DNA from: Neodothiora populina
Lineage: Eukaryota
DNA length: 64,000 nt
Direction of reading: 5' to 3'
Assembly (NCBI RefSeq): GCF_041146345.1
Contig: NW_027191404.1
Span: 248,001-312,000, forward strand
Position numbers and translations under genes: made by a program
The notes under the pieces: model-generated
What the model saw: the letters and a program-made list of their open reading frames with translations, nothing else
What the model was told of the DNA's origin: nothing
The model's database searches: none
In this document: in pieces, positions 1-13,387 of the stretch
Layout of the letters: every line of letters starts with the position of its first letter
How positions within the stretch are numbered: the first letter of the stretch is position 1

Positions 1-1896
1 CGGACTCGATCGTCAGCTACGCAAATCCCCCTAGCACTTTGCTTACGACCAGTCTGACGACATTTACATTAACCGTACCTGGCAGCGGACGAGGTAAAAT
101 GTCAGGCCGCATGCACGCTACAATCTCCCTGCACGGAAGCAGATCGCTCCTTCCACCCTTAGGTGCCCTGGTGTATGTTGTACTGCGATCGTCGGGCCAC
201 GCAGCATTGTCGATGGCCATGTCGAAGCGCGTGCAGTGTATGCGAGATAGGCATGCGATTTCAGATCTTCAGCAAACGCACACGTAAATATAGACGAGAC
301 GGCCTCGGATTGTTTGACGGCGACAAGCAGTTGTGCAACTAAGGGCAAGGTATATATTAGCCGTACTGTATATACTTTTGTTTGCAACCTGACCTGACAC
401 TACGCGGCCGCAACATGTCCCTGACGTCGGTTATGCAGGTGAAATGAAAATGTAGCGGCAGAATTGAACAAGAGTTGTGAAGCGAAGAAGGCGCCCGCGG
501 ATATGATCCCCCCGCAAAGACGGCGTCTCACAGACCACACACTTTGATCACTCTGCAAGACATCCACAGATAGGGCCTGTAGATTTGTCACACATTTGGC
601 AGCATTGGCGATACCGACGGACTTGATCGGATGACGGAGGGAGAAGATCTGTTGCGCTAAGCCACTGCGCTGGGAACATGTACATCGTAGCTTTTGGAGT
701 AATTGCAGCCCCCTACTGCGCTCAATCTGCTCACATTTTCAGTGTAGCGGATCAAGGGATGTGATCAAATCGAAGTAGTACCCTCCGGCCTTTGTCGTTT
801 GCGTAAGCGGATCATGCGGTGCTCTCAAGGTTCAACGTTTCGTAGACAGTGGATTCTCTGGTTCCCACAACGGTGCCTGTTCCCTGCTGCCCCGACGCCA
901 TGGATCGATTGCGAAAAGAGAGCTTGTCGCTTGTGGTTGGTTCCTCGAGATCTACCGGTGCGCCCTGGCGTGACGAACCGCACGTTAGACTTTTCGAGGG
1001 CTGACCCGAACGGAGAGACTTGCAGGACGCGGTGGCTTGGACCCAACACCATGTCTATGGACTCACATAGGACTCGGCATCGCTTCGAGCATTGACAGCT
1101 ACCCAAGCTTGTTTAGGCACACTCTCCCTCGAATAGCCTCCTTGAGCATGGTCATGGCTGCTTTGAACGAAGCCTCAAACGACCGGATCAAACTCCCGCT
1201 CACTAGGCGGCACTCAATCTGGCAAGATCAAGGATTTCTGCTCTCGAGTGTACGTTACGAAGCGATATTGATCGATGGGGCCGTCTGCGGCATGAACCTT
1301 TCTTCGAATCTTATTTGACGCCCGAGTAGAAGGCTAGCCTCAAGCAGATCGAAATACTACCGACAACGGACATTGCATGGGTGTCTTCAGCTTGGCTGAG
1401 ATTGATATCGTGCAGGTATGATCGGCATGAATGGAGATTCCAAAAGATCTGTGACGATTTGAGATCCACGGAGGTCAATGATTTGCGAGTCCAGTCTTGA
1501 GTCTATCTATAAAGGTGCTTGTCCCAGACACGGTAAAGTCCCTTAGTCCTCACCATTCAAGCTGTATAAGTCTTTGGTTCCTGTCAAACTCTGTAGTTCC
1601 CTCGTCTAGCTCCAACTTTATTAGCGTCTACCGGTCAACCGAGAGAAGGCCCCACTGCCCTTTATATCTTACTCCGTTACCTCTTCACCACCAGCTATTC
1701 GAGTAAGACTGTCATTCTCCATTTCCACACTCTAGGGATATCACATCACCCTCGGCATTGCTACTATTTTCGAGGTATGTGCTTGAAGAGCGATTTGCTA
1801 CCCTGTTGCCCCCCTTGTACTTGGCATATCTTTGGTTTAGTAAAGGCTCAAGCTCTGTCCAGAGTGGCCTCCCCTTCCTCGACTTTCGAGAGTCAG

Positions 1897-2695
1897 ATGC
1901 CATCGAGGGGTAGATCGCGGACAGGGGGAAGCTCGAGCACCAGGGAGACGCCGTCGAGAGCCCGACGATATCAGGCTGACCAAGTACCGTCTGCAGTCAG
2001 GAGTTCAGACGCTTTTTTTAGCTCGTCGCAGATCACTTCGTATCGCTCAGCATCACGAGGACCGACTGCACGATCACGAAGCCGAGATCATATCAAACTT
2101 GCACGCAAACATGGCTGACATCGCTCGCCGCACGTACGCTCGCAACGACACCGGCCCCAGGGCCGTGGATACTCGGTACGCACACTTCGTATGTCCACCG
2201 TTGATCAAACTTACTAACCACGGCTTCAGAGTCAGCCGTCGCACTTCTGATACGCAACAGAGATGTCACTCTTCGGGAGTATCATTTGTGCTCGAAAGCC
2301 TTGGTTCTATGCTCCCGAGCAAGATGCAAACGGACGCTCGGATCAGTCTTCAGTTTGCTGTATCTGCGCGAACCCCCGGCCAGATGAGGCATGTCAATCC
2401 TCAGGCTCTCGTTGCAGTGGCAAGCTTGGTAGACGACCGGACCAGTGCTCCCACTCCAGCAGGTTATATTGCCCCTGCCACTGGCTCGGCGCGATCACGT
2501 CTTGTCCAGACGATCGCTCCCACCTTTGACGTCTCCTTCGAACAATTGGTGGTCAAACAGCCCGGCAAATTTCGGCTCAAGGTCACTCTTCTTCGTATGC
2601 CAGAAGCTTCAGCTGCAGGGGGCCAGGCTACTCATGTTGCAGAATGGGAGAGCGATACCATCCGGGTTCAAGCTCTGGCCAACGGCGCTTCATAG
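1897..2695 (+). CDS. Velvet-like domain protein (divergent), apparently frameshifted at a T7 run
   Basis: C-terminal 'SFEQLVVKQPGKFRLKVTLLRM...VAEWESDTIRV' resembles the velvet-domain pattern (F.DLSVR.EG.FRL.F.L...S..F.V). In-frame intron 2176-2229 (GTACGC..CTAAC..CAG). The ATG 1897 frame joins the long downstream frame if one T is removed from 2013-2019; alternative start ATG 2111. Probable 5'UTR intron 1775-1862. Confidence 0.55.
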
Positions 2696-4514
2696 CTTAG
2701 TGAGATTTGTCTGAAGGTGTTTGGTCACATGGGATTGGTGAATTGGCGTTCGTTGGCTTTGCACTTGGTCTCTCGGAGTAATGCGTCAGGGTGGGGGGGG
2801 GGAGTGTCCTAGCATTCTATTTGGCACATCGGCATCACAGGTGTTGGCGGATTATGACGATCAGAGAAATCATGGTCAAAACGGTCTAAAAGTTTCACGG
2901 CTCAAGCATATGAATATCTCCGATAGCTGGCTATCTTTTCTGAGACTTAGAGTATTAGCAATATAATTTCCACAACACGAGCTGGTCAATTGAGCTATAT
3001 TGTTCACACTTTCTAGAAGCATGTGGATACCGTGTACGATCAAACTCCATCACCCTAGATGGCGCCTCGCATATGCATCGTAGCATGTCGAATGTTCTCA
3101 GCCTCTAAGGCACCTCTTCCGTTGTCTCTTTCCTGCTAATGTCTGAAAATTGCCGTCGGGCCCACCACCTTTGCCCGAGTAAGTATATAACTAATATGGA
3201 TGTTCTCGTAGCTTAGAGACCATGTCTCGGGCGCCTTCCGTGTAGCTGCGACTCCCATCGTCAGCGAGCAAACAATCGAAGCGGAAGTCTTTCGGGTGTT
3301 GTTCCACGCATATATTATAATCTGACCAGTGAAAGGACCTGTCATTTTCCCGACTCAATTCGATACCATTAGCCAATCAGATCACTGGAATGTGGAACCG
3401 ATCTAATGCCTCGTAGATCATCCGGTCATCATAGATCTGTGACCACAACCTCTTCCAATGAGCAAGTGCCGAGAAGTTTATCTCTACGGCGGCACAAACC
3501 CGACTGAGCATTCAGTGTGAATCCAGTGGTTCTTTAGATCATTGTACTGGTGACACTTGTACATATCTGCAGGGCCGTTCCAGATGGCACGTTTTGTCTC
3601 GTGGTCGCTCCTGCCATTGATTCTGAAAGCATCTAGTGCTTCAGATGGTCACGGTTTGTATGCCGCTTGCATCTGCCAATCGTGCGCTATACCCTATACC
3701 AAGGCAATCTTTCGCCTCATCAGTCTGTATCACCAATGTCGTAAGCACAGGGTATGCGGCTCATCAACTCGATGCAAGATAATATCCCCATCCGCAGCTT
3801 GCTTGATGCATACGATGTGTCAAGCCAGACCGCCTCATCCTACCTCGATCTTGAGGTGCAAGCGGCCAACGCCGCGGATCTACCCTGAATGCCTAGTCGT
3901 GCTTTGCCCCATGGGAATCAAGCTTACTGCACCTGATTCATTTAGGTCTCGATACACAGCTAAGCCCTGGGGATCGTGGAATAGATGATATTGCGAAACT
4001 GCCATTGTGCATTATCGGCACTAGTTCTTTACAGATCATCATGGGCGATTTGAGGCTGTTGGTCTCTATATCGCACAGCCTACGGAGTGCGTTGCCGAAC
4101 ACCCCCACGCGTTCTATCTTTCGCGTTAACCTTGATGTTTGTCATACATTCACCCATTGACATGACTCAACAAAATCGCGTCGACCCCGAAACGACCTTG
4201 ATTTGGTCTATCACATCTTCGGACATTGAGGAATGCTTGTGACGTAAGATGTCATCAAGACACACTAAGATTGTACTGGGTCATGGAGCGGCAGCGGGGA
4301 GTGACACCCGCGTGCGCGGATAGTGCCTAGTCTTGGAATTTGCTCGAGCTCGAGCCCATGTTCACTGTAACGCTTCTCCTGCATGTTTACATGTGGGTGT
4401 GAAAGACTTCTTCATGGCGTGATTATGTGTCTCGCAGAGTGTTTTGACTGGAGAGATCGATCATAATGACTATCTCCCTGCGGTGTCACCCCTTTTCCCA
4501 CCCACCATCGCGTG

Positions 4515-5477
4515 TCAAGTATCGAATTGGATACCAACATCACCAGATACCACACTCCAATCAATTCCGGCAACACCTTGCGCTTCCTCAGCATAGGCCT
4601 TGATCCATTCTCCGCTCCTGTCTCGTTTGATCTCGGTCTGCAGTCCAATCAAATACTGAACTTCGATATATGCCCGCTCGAGCGCTCCCACTACTGTGGA
4701 CTTCCAATCGTGCTCGCGCCCGCGTCGCTGGATACAGGAAAGGTACTGCGTCAAAAACCATAGATGACTGCGCAAGACACCGGCTAGGATGTCAACCTTG
4801 GCCATGATAGGTGCGCTTACGACGCTGCTGCTTGGTTGAGTATGATCAGAAGTTCCGAGTCTATCCGCAACTTGCGTAGTGATGAGTTTTTCGAAATCAT
4901 GTACAAACATTTGTAGGTGTCTGTATACCCTCCTGAAGTCTTCATACGGCTTTTCAACGTCTTCGAGGGCACCCACTGGTAATTCCAGTGCTTTGCTTGC
5001 TATGGCTACAAGTTGAGCCACACGATTTAAGGTGTCCTCGTCAGCAGTGTCTCTGGAGGCAGGTTGAGTTGCCGGTGAGTTCACGAGTTTCTGCATCGGC
5101 CAGTGCGGAGTCAGTGGTGTCCGAGTAGAGGGAGTATCTAATGTTAAGCTCATCATCGACGCTTTCCTGGACATTCCCTCTGTACCACTTTCGTCAATTG
5201 CTTCGCCTTGTCCTCTTCCTATATCGTCGCTAGGACTCGGAAAACGAAAAGTCCTGGACCTGTCGAAGGTCTTATGCGGAGGACTAAGCGACTCATCTTC
5301 ACGAGAGATCCGCGATCTCTCTCGAAGCTTGCTTGTCTCGGCTTGAAACTCAACCTGACTTTCGCTGGTTCCGGTCGGAAGTGCTTGATGGATATTGCTC
5401 GCCACTGGCTTTGCTTTTCTCGTTGGCTTCTTGGCCTTCCTTGCAGTAAGACGTTTGGATTTACGACGAGGTGGCAT
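4515..5477 (-). CDS. Hypothetical protein (~320 aa), basic NLS-like N-terminus, helical C-terminal region
   Basis: Long single ORF; ATG 5477 begins MPPRRKSKRLTARKAKKP; no family recognised. Confidence 0.6.
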   Translation of the reverse strand: MPPRRKSKRLTARKAKKPTRKAKPVASNIHQALPTGTSESQVEFQAETSKLRERSRISREDESLSPPHKTFDRSRTFRFPSPSDDIGRGQGEAIDESGTEGMSRKASMMSLTLDTPSTRTPLTPHWPMQKLVNSPATQPASRDTADEDTLNRVAQLVAIASKALELPVGALEDVEKPYEDFRRVYRHLQMFVHDFEKLITTQVADRLGTSDHTQPSSSVVSAPIMAKVDILAGVLRSHLWFLTQYLSCIQRRGREHDWKSTVVGALERAYIEVQYLIGLQTEIKRDRSGEWIKAYAEEAQGVAGIDWSVVSGDVGIQFDT

Positions 5478-6430
5478 GGCTTTGAATGGTCGCGAAAGCT
5501 TTATAGGAACATCGAGCACAGAGAAGACTCTCGCAAGAGGACACCATGTTAGTAGATCTCACTAGGCTTCGCAGAGGAACAAAGAAGGTCCATTCGCCGG
5601 ATCCGGTCGATGGTACCGCCCACTCATGAAGGGCATGAAGCAGACTTTCGGTGTATCGCATACAACGAAAGAAGCACAACATCCATCCACACTGTCATAC
5701 TCTATTCCTTATCCGGCCAACCTTCGCTTTCAATACTCCATGGTAAATTTTTGACGGGGCATAATTGGTTCAAAGTGGAAGGACTCGAGTCAAAGAGCGA
5801 AGAACGAATGTAACATTGTCCGTTTGCGGCCACATTTCAGTCTTTCTGCATTCCTTATCGCTTCTGGGATCAACAAATCCGTAAGTACCTACTTGAGTTT
5901 CCTGTCTCCTTTGATCGTCGTCGCAGTGGCTAAATCCGCTTCTTCTTACTCATCGGCCATTAACCGCTGCTGCCAGTGCTTATGCTCAGCTATGCTGTGT
6001 CACAAAATTACTACAGAATCACATCTCACAACAAGGGTCTCAATGCGAGGCTTTACAATTGCATTTATATCTCAACGATACAATAAACCCATCCACACCT
6101 CAACACAGAAAGAGAAACAAGCGATATCACTGACAAACCCCCTTCTTCGAACCCCCTCCTGACTCCTCTTTCATCCTCTTTTTTTTTCGTGGTTTGCATT
6201 TATTCGATCTTCTGTAGTATGCATTGCTTGATGACTTGTTACAAGGATATAGACGACCCTATGTCTCAAGATTCACAAGACAGCCCTTCATCCCCTGGTC
6301 CAATACGTTTGTGCGACATCCAGTGATACAATGATAGTAGTAGTGTCATCGCGATGTCCGATACATGACAGTACGAGTCCCCGCTCATTGACGTTCTTGC
6401 CATTGATGTCGACAAAAGGAATCCTCCCCT

Positions 6431-6757
6431 TTAACCACAACTGTTCTCGCCGTTGCCATTGCAAGGAGCATCACCGCCGCCAGTGCATGTGACGCCGGCG
6501 CCATCGGCAGAGACAGTGCAAGGCGCGACGGCGTCCTTGTCCTTCTTCGCCTTCTTGGTCTTCTTGGTGGCAGCCTTAGTCTTGGGCTTAGTGGCTTTGA
6601 CTGCTTTGGTGACCTTGGCCTTGGTGGGCTTGGGCTTGGTGGCTTTGTTGATTTCGGCCACGGCGGCTTTCTTGCGCTGGGTGGTTCTGGTGTTGTGTGT
6701 GCCGTCTGGGTTCAGACCCGCGAGGCGCAAGGACGAGCGGAGTGGTTTTGCGGCCAT
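6431..6757 (-). CDS. Small Lys/Ala/Thr-rich basic protein (histone H1 tail-like) with Cys/Gly-rich C-terminus, 108 aa
   Basis: ATG in AAAAATGG context; strongly biased codons (AAG, GCC, ACC); KATKPK/KAKVTK repeats; four Cys in the last 30 aa. Confidence 0.7.
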   Translation of the reverse strand: MAAKPLRSSLRLAGLNPDGTHNTRTTQRKKAAVAEINKATKPKPTKAKVTKAVKATKPKTKAATKKTKKAKKDKDAVAPCTVSADGAGVTCTGGGDAPCNGNGENSCG

Positions 6758-8148
6758 TTTTGGGGTGCTTGATGTTCGAGTTTTGCTGCTGATGCTTGTT
6801 TGATTGAGTAGGAAGTAGCTGGTTGAGGAAAGAAGGAAGGAGAGAAACGAACGAGCAGGCGATACTTGAGGGAGGGGATCTCTGGTCGAGGGACGAGGAG
6901 GGGAACAAAGAGCTGACGCATCCGGTGATGCGACTGATGAAGAATAAAAATTTCGTGGTGGGAAACTTGCATCATCTGCTTTTCGCCTTTTTGTTGTTTA
7001 TGGACTTGTCTGGTTTTCTTGTTGATGTGCTGGGGAGGGCGTGGAATGAGAGATTTCATGCAAGGCACAAAGCATGGCCAACGCCGGAAAAGGACACAGG
7101 CTTGTCCCTATTGGTGGCAGTCTCATCAGACAAAGAACGATGTATTCGAAATAGAGCGACAAAGAGTATTGGATGCTGCTGGGCTGGTCGCCTGTGAGGC
7201 GCGATCGCTGATGATGGTATCCGTGACCAGGGAGCAGCAAAAGCATAATTTTAGTAGTACATTTCCCATCGGCCTCGAGGCTGCAATTGGGCATACTTCT
7301 GGGCACGCACCCCGTCCCCGTGGTAAGTGGAGAGCATACCGGTGTTTGAAGTGCCTTCGGATCAAGGCCACTCGCATACTCGAAACGTACTGAGACTAGC
7401 TCGGACAAGGTCATGATGACTTCGCCTCCAGACATCCCCCTCTGCTCACGAACTTGGCCTTGATGGTCCTTCTCAAACCAACATTCTCGGGATAAGCCTT
7501 GCGCAAAGGCTTACATCTTGTTGGCCCTTTGCTGTTGTGTTACAGTGATAGATTCTATCATCCTAAAGCTAAACGAATCTGCTAGGGAGTGTCCCGTGGG
7601 AAAGATAGTCATGATGGAAGTAGTTGAGGATCACTATTCCACTTCGAAGTTGACTAAAGTCTGACCAGTTGGTAAGGAAAGTATCACTACATGGCTCAGT
7701 GACGACTGATTAGACCGATGGTGGTATCGCGGGAGAGCAATAGTAAAGGCATAGTCAATCTGCGAAATGAGTCAGCTAGTCTGAGAGATAAGTGGACTTA
7801 CATGTCTACTGAGATTGTCCATTCGAATGAGATCCCCTTGGCTAAGGTCCCCGCGGATGACCTACAGATCACATCTCACGGCGGTCTGTGGCGGTGCATG
7901 GATACCACCGCCACAAAGAGTGGCGAAGCCACAACATCGGAGGTGAACTGAAGTTGACATTTCGCCACACGACTAACTAGTGCTTTCCTTCTTCACCTCA
8001 TTGAACTTCTTTCCCTTTACCACCAAATTCAACTCATCCATCATCCTTCATCAAAGGAAGGGTCGTCACTCGATATCATCTGACGACTGGATGAGCAGCA
8101 ACCTGCTTCAGCTGCTTTTTCCAGCTGCTGAGGCAGGTTGCCGCTCAT

Positions 8149-11100
8149 TCAAGTCGGACTCAGGGTGTCGTAACTAAATTGGTCACTGACTTCATCGTCC
8201 ATCATGTTGACTGGGACGTGGCTCAAGGCATCCTGATCCAGATCCACAAGTGACACCTCGGACATGTCGAAGGCGAGCATCTCTTCCACAAGATCCAGCT
8301 TACCACTAGCTGTGATCTTGTCTCCTTCGACATCATCATCGTGCGGGACGAGATTGAGTGATGGCACAGTCAAGCGTCTCCGAGGCATTCCGGTGACGCT
8401 TGCTGATGCGGCAGCACTGCGCACCTCTCTCACTTCAGAAGAAGGTGCAAGATGAGGCTGGCACTCACTGCACTTGCACAGCTCATTACAGCGACTGATA
8501 CAGGCATGACCACACACCAAGACTCTCTGGCATGACTTCTGACAAGACATTGAATCGTGAGGGCTCTCATGGCAATTGCGACCGCAGTTGTGACCACAGC
8601 TCAGCTTGGCGTTACAGACACGCTTGCATCCATGAGGCTTCTCGACAATGTCCTTCGCACTGAACATCAAGGTCTTCTCCGCGCCGCAACCGCAAAGGAG
8701 TGGAAGTCCTCTGCTGAGACACGACTGACCGCCTGAGGATGGGTCAACAATTGAAGAGTCTGCGCCTTCCAAGATCTCGAGCAAGTCCTTCCACAGGTGC
8801 CCGCCGTCCCTAGCCAACAGAGTACTGTTGCCAAAGACATAAAGACCATTCCTGGCTCTGGACAGCGCAACATTGACGCGGTTAGGATTGGCTATGAAGC
8901 CAACACTCGCACTTCTGGCCAGTGAGAGGATGACCACATCGTTCTCTTGTCCTTGGTACGAGTCTACTGTAGAGACACGAGGCTGATCATTACCTGCGAA
9001 GGCTTTGTGTTTTCGGAGACGACTCTTCAGGCAGATTCGCTGGCCATTGTAGAAAGTCAGAATTGTGATCGAGGCTGGAGCAACCCCGTTGCGGATCAAA
9101 TGTACTGCGAATTCAACAATGTAAGCAGCCTCATCCTCATTGAGAGTCGACCACTGGGCATTCTTTTTCTCTTGGAAGTCATGATCAGCGAAGAAGGAGT
9201 TGTGTGCGACACCAGGTACCGCAGGCCTATTGCCAACACATTCATGGTCCAGAAGATCGCCACCATATATCGGATCCAGCAGGCGAGAAATCTCCGGCCT
9301 CATACGACGCTGGTGCTGCAACATTCTCATCTCGACTCCCGCAAGAATGAGACGCTCGAAGAGAGAGATAACGAAGCCTGTATTGGCATACGCGGGGCTA
9401 TTTACATGTGGCGGGAGTTGTTTGTGGTCGCCCACTTGAATGACGTGTTCGACAGTAGGCATCAAAGCTGGGACAAGGGTACACTCCAGAGCTTCGGCTG
9501 CCTCTTCGATCATGACGACCTTGACACCGGCTGCTGCGATCATGGCTCTATACTTTCCGAGGCCAGTCGCGGTCATGCCTACTATCTTGTGGCGTTTGAG
9601 TATCGCAACATTTGGCTCAAAGTGGCCGAATCCTCGGAGCTTTGCCAGTCGATTGTACTGCGCTATGGCGGGTGCCACTTTAGCAGCGATCACCTCCTTG
9701 CATATGGCGAGCATCAGATTATACGCAGAACCACGGGCCCCATGGTTAGCTCGTGCCATATCGAGCTTGCGCACTCTGGCAGCTATGTTATCGATATTGG
9801 TGGCACTCGCGTTCGCGGTCCAATTTGAGCCGACCCAGTTCTGCTTTAAGAACATGGTACTACCCGATAATACCTCCATTCGTTGTTTCTTCAGGGTCTC
9901 TGCGGCATTCTCATCGATGAAATCATCTAGAAAATCATCTTCCAGTTCAGTCTCTCGCATGGGAAACATCAGCAACGCAGGAGTGATCGCTTCAAACAAG
10001 GGCATATCATTGCGCAGCCAAGAAGTAGTAGGCCCGACTGGTGGCGGAGTCCTCGACGAGGAGGGCAAGTTTTCGTACTCTTTGTGCTCGCGTTCTATGG
10101 CGTCGAACTGGGCCGGAGTGATGATGCCGTACTTGAGGAAGACTTGGTGGTCGAAGAAGCCAGCAAATGGCTTGAGCGGCTCAAAGAAGTCTCTAATGGT
10201 CGTCTCTAGACCCTGCAGTTCTCTCTGAGCCTGACGAAAAGTACGAGATTGAGAGCGGAGATCCAAGCTCTCTCTCATTTTCTGCAGCCCTTGACGCTCG
10301 ATGATACCGGTTTCATCAGTTGATTGAGCGCCCAAACGAACAAAATGAGGAGTCACATGTCTATTGACGAGCAAAAGGAGCTGATCAAGAGCGTGGTTTG
10401 TCTTACTGACGACCACAATAGGCGGGTCGCCACGCTTCATGCCTTGACACAACGCCTGCAGAGCTGCGACTGACGTGTGTGTCTTTCCGGTTCCGGGAGG
10501 CCCCTGTACGAGCGCCATTTCCTTGGTCAACATCTGCTTCAGAGCTTCCATTTGAGATTGGTCCAAACTTCTTGGCGGATGTTCCTTGGGCCAGTCTGAC
10601 ATCAGATTGACGACAGATGGGACACATGAGGATGGTGGTTCGAAGTTTGTAAGGGGTCCGCCGATGACATGGGACAGATCCAACTCAGGGTTCGAAACAA
10701 TATGAGGTGGATTGCCCACGATGTTATGAGTGGCCGGGTCGACAAGGTATCCTGCAAGAGGGAGGCTACAGGCTGTCAGTCCGGACATTGCTCGCGCATT
10801 CAAGGACGAACGACTTACTTTTCCAGGGTCATCTGCTGCAATGCCAGCATGGTGTGGCGGAAGCTCTCAAAGTACGACTGCGTCTCTTCGATGATGGTGT
10901 ATTTGATTGTGGGATCGAAGACGACATCATGGGGGAAGACAATGTCAATCTCGGGTGGCTTCTTGTTCAGAAGTGAAGTCTGCCTCGCAGCGATGATACC
11001 TGGAAGAAGGTGCTTCTTGAAGTTATCGCTGGAAGCACTGGCAATGATGAGTGAGCCAGTCTTCAGGCGTGGTGAATTGACCCAGTCAATAGAAACCTGA

Positions 11101-11601
11101 GTTCGATTGGTTGAGAAGGACAGCCGAGTGCAGAAGCCTTTGGCCGGAGAGAAGATCACGCCAAGGACGTGTGCCTGAAGTTGATGTCATTAGTCATCAC
11201 TCACATTGCATTCAGTACAGTCACTAACATTGTCATAGACACCTATTTTCTTGGAGGAGATCCTCAATTCTGGCTCGTTAGCCTGGGGGGCGTGCCTGAC
11301 GGCGTACAAAGCCCCCCGGATGGCAAAGCTTGCCTCTTCCCGGCAGAAGAGGTACTGCTCCTTCAAGTACTCCTCTGCGGTATGGAAGTTAGCAAGTACT
11401 CTAGGGAGACTAGGACATATACGAACCTTTTGAAGACGGCGTGCCGTGGTCGCTTTGCGCAGTGGTGGCTTGCTTCGCCAACTCCTCTGCCGTGGGTACT
11501 TCAGGGAAGGACCGCCAGTCGCCCAGGTGGAGCAGCTTCTCGGTGTCGCGCACATAGTTTTGCACTATGTGCCGTGGATTGACGTTCGATCGTTCTGCCA
11601 T
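8149..11601 (-). CDS. SF1 Upf1-like RNA helicase with NF-X1-type Zn fingers (Hrr1/SAD-3/ZNFX1 family), ~1097 aa, 4 exons
   Basis: Walker A QGPPGTGKT, EEAAE (motif II), VGDHKQL, SLFERL, TVDSYQGQE, RVNVALSRAR; CGHxC zinc fingers; N-terminal WRSFPEVPTAEEL. Introns 11375-11426, 11175-11228 and 10766-10818 (GT..AG with branch sites) join into one frame. Confidence 0.9.
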
Positions 11602-13387
11602 CTGAGAGAAGCGTCAGTGGAAGAGTTGTGCTCCTGGAAATACACAGTGGCTTACCTTGATTCTGTGTGTTGCAGAGAGAGGAAGATCGATGAGAGTGAA
11701 TGATGTGAAGAAAACATCGCACTTTCCACTTTGACTACAGGTACACATTGAGCTTCAGCGCTTGGGCCTTCCTCGCGCGCCATCTCACGTACAGTCTTAG
11801 GACCAGCGCCTCCAACGATCGAGCTTTTGACAGTACCTCAGGTATCCGAAGCCTTACTGTCCGGTCCACGTACACCTTTTCCCCGTCGCTTGCTAGCTAC
11901 AATCTACCATCTGTTCCTCAAGCCAGAATGGATCCATATCGCAGCGCATTATCGTTCCTTCCCTTGCTATAACATAGGTGCAGAAGAAAGTTGGGGAAAG
12001 CCCACCTACTCTGATCTCGTATCGAATAGCAGCTGTAAAGAGAATCACTTATGCGAGCAATTGACAGGGCTTACAGAGCAAAAGTACGGAATTGCTACCA
12101 CAGTCGTCCAAGCATTTGGTCAAGCCAGAGAGAGTTACTCAAGATATGAGAATGAGGTCGAGATGCCACCGGTATTGGTTCTGGGAGTTTGTCCTGCTGT
12201 TCTCGAGGTCTTCGTGGCGCAAGATAACTATGCGATGGCTTAGACTTTTATGAATAGCAGAGAAATGGAGTCACATACCGATCGCTATCTCGCTTTCCTC
12301 TATATCTACACTCTGTTCCTCTCACTATCCTCGAAGCGCCTGGTAAGATACCCACCATCACAGGTAAGTAGACCCAGTGATGGCTAGTGGTGACTACAAG
12401 CATGGTATCGTAGTGGACATTGCCTAGCACGATCTATGTCTAGACCACGGGGGGCTCCTCTCCAAGCACTCCAACGTCTGGCAGCTGGGAAACGAGAGAT
12501 GACAAACGACAGAGATTGCAAAGCTATCACCATATACAGGCAAGCAGACTACTGCAGCGAGAAGTAGAGCCCTGCCCACGGGTAGTGGCATCAATACTTG
12601 TTCTTTGCTTAGAGCAACGATTGCCGCTGTGCGCAAGGTCTCCCGGTCCTAGGGTAGACGTAGTTGAGACGCAAGCAATATCGCAAGATGCAAAAGTGTA
12701 TCCTTGTACGTAGTCGGGTCTCTACATAACTTGCTTCGTTCAAGTGCTGCTGGGCAGTGAAACGTCTAGGTAGGTATACCCATGCTGAGCAATATCTTTC
12801 GCGCGGCGAACAGTGCTCGCATTGGACGCGCATGGAATGCAACAAATCGAGGAGATATACATTGATATGACAAGGTGATCCATGTGATCGGTTTCATATA
12901 TGCATGTGTGAACATGGTCGGTAGCAGCCTGCAGCAAAGCAGTATGTAGGGCAATATAGCATACTGGTGGATTTCATCGAGTTTGCTCAGTATCTGTACG
13001 AGCTCGATGTAGAAGGCGGTGGCCCCAGGATTCGGAGGATTGACGACGCGAGAGTTCGGTCTTGGCAGCGCATCTCCGCCAGGGCGTTCTCATGTCAGTA
13101 TCACATGCGCATCAATAATAACACCTCTGGGCAGTGTTCATTCTCTACAGTTAACTTTGCATGACTATGTCCTCACTTCTCCCATAATCAACACGTGTAC
13201 ATGTTAGTCGTGCAAGCTAATTGGGGGCGCGATCGGGTTGACAGCGGTGTCGGGGAGCAGTCATCCTAGTCGTACTACAGTCGCTTGTCGTCTTTGTATC
13301 CTCTTCAAAGGACGTGATAGTTGCGATTGAGCAGTCGTATTGGTTTGCGCAATCGTACCTTTAGCAGATTACCATCTCTCAGTAAGA

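Noticed and set aside
6453..6803. Hydrophobic 116-aa ORF resembling a membrane protein
   Set aside because: Reverse complement of Lys/Ala codons gives Leu/Val/Phe; it has a TTG start, and the minus strand has the better ATG context.
8947..10228. 293-aa and 262-aa plus-strand ORFs
   Set aside because: Antisense to the helicase, which carries all the conserved motifs.
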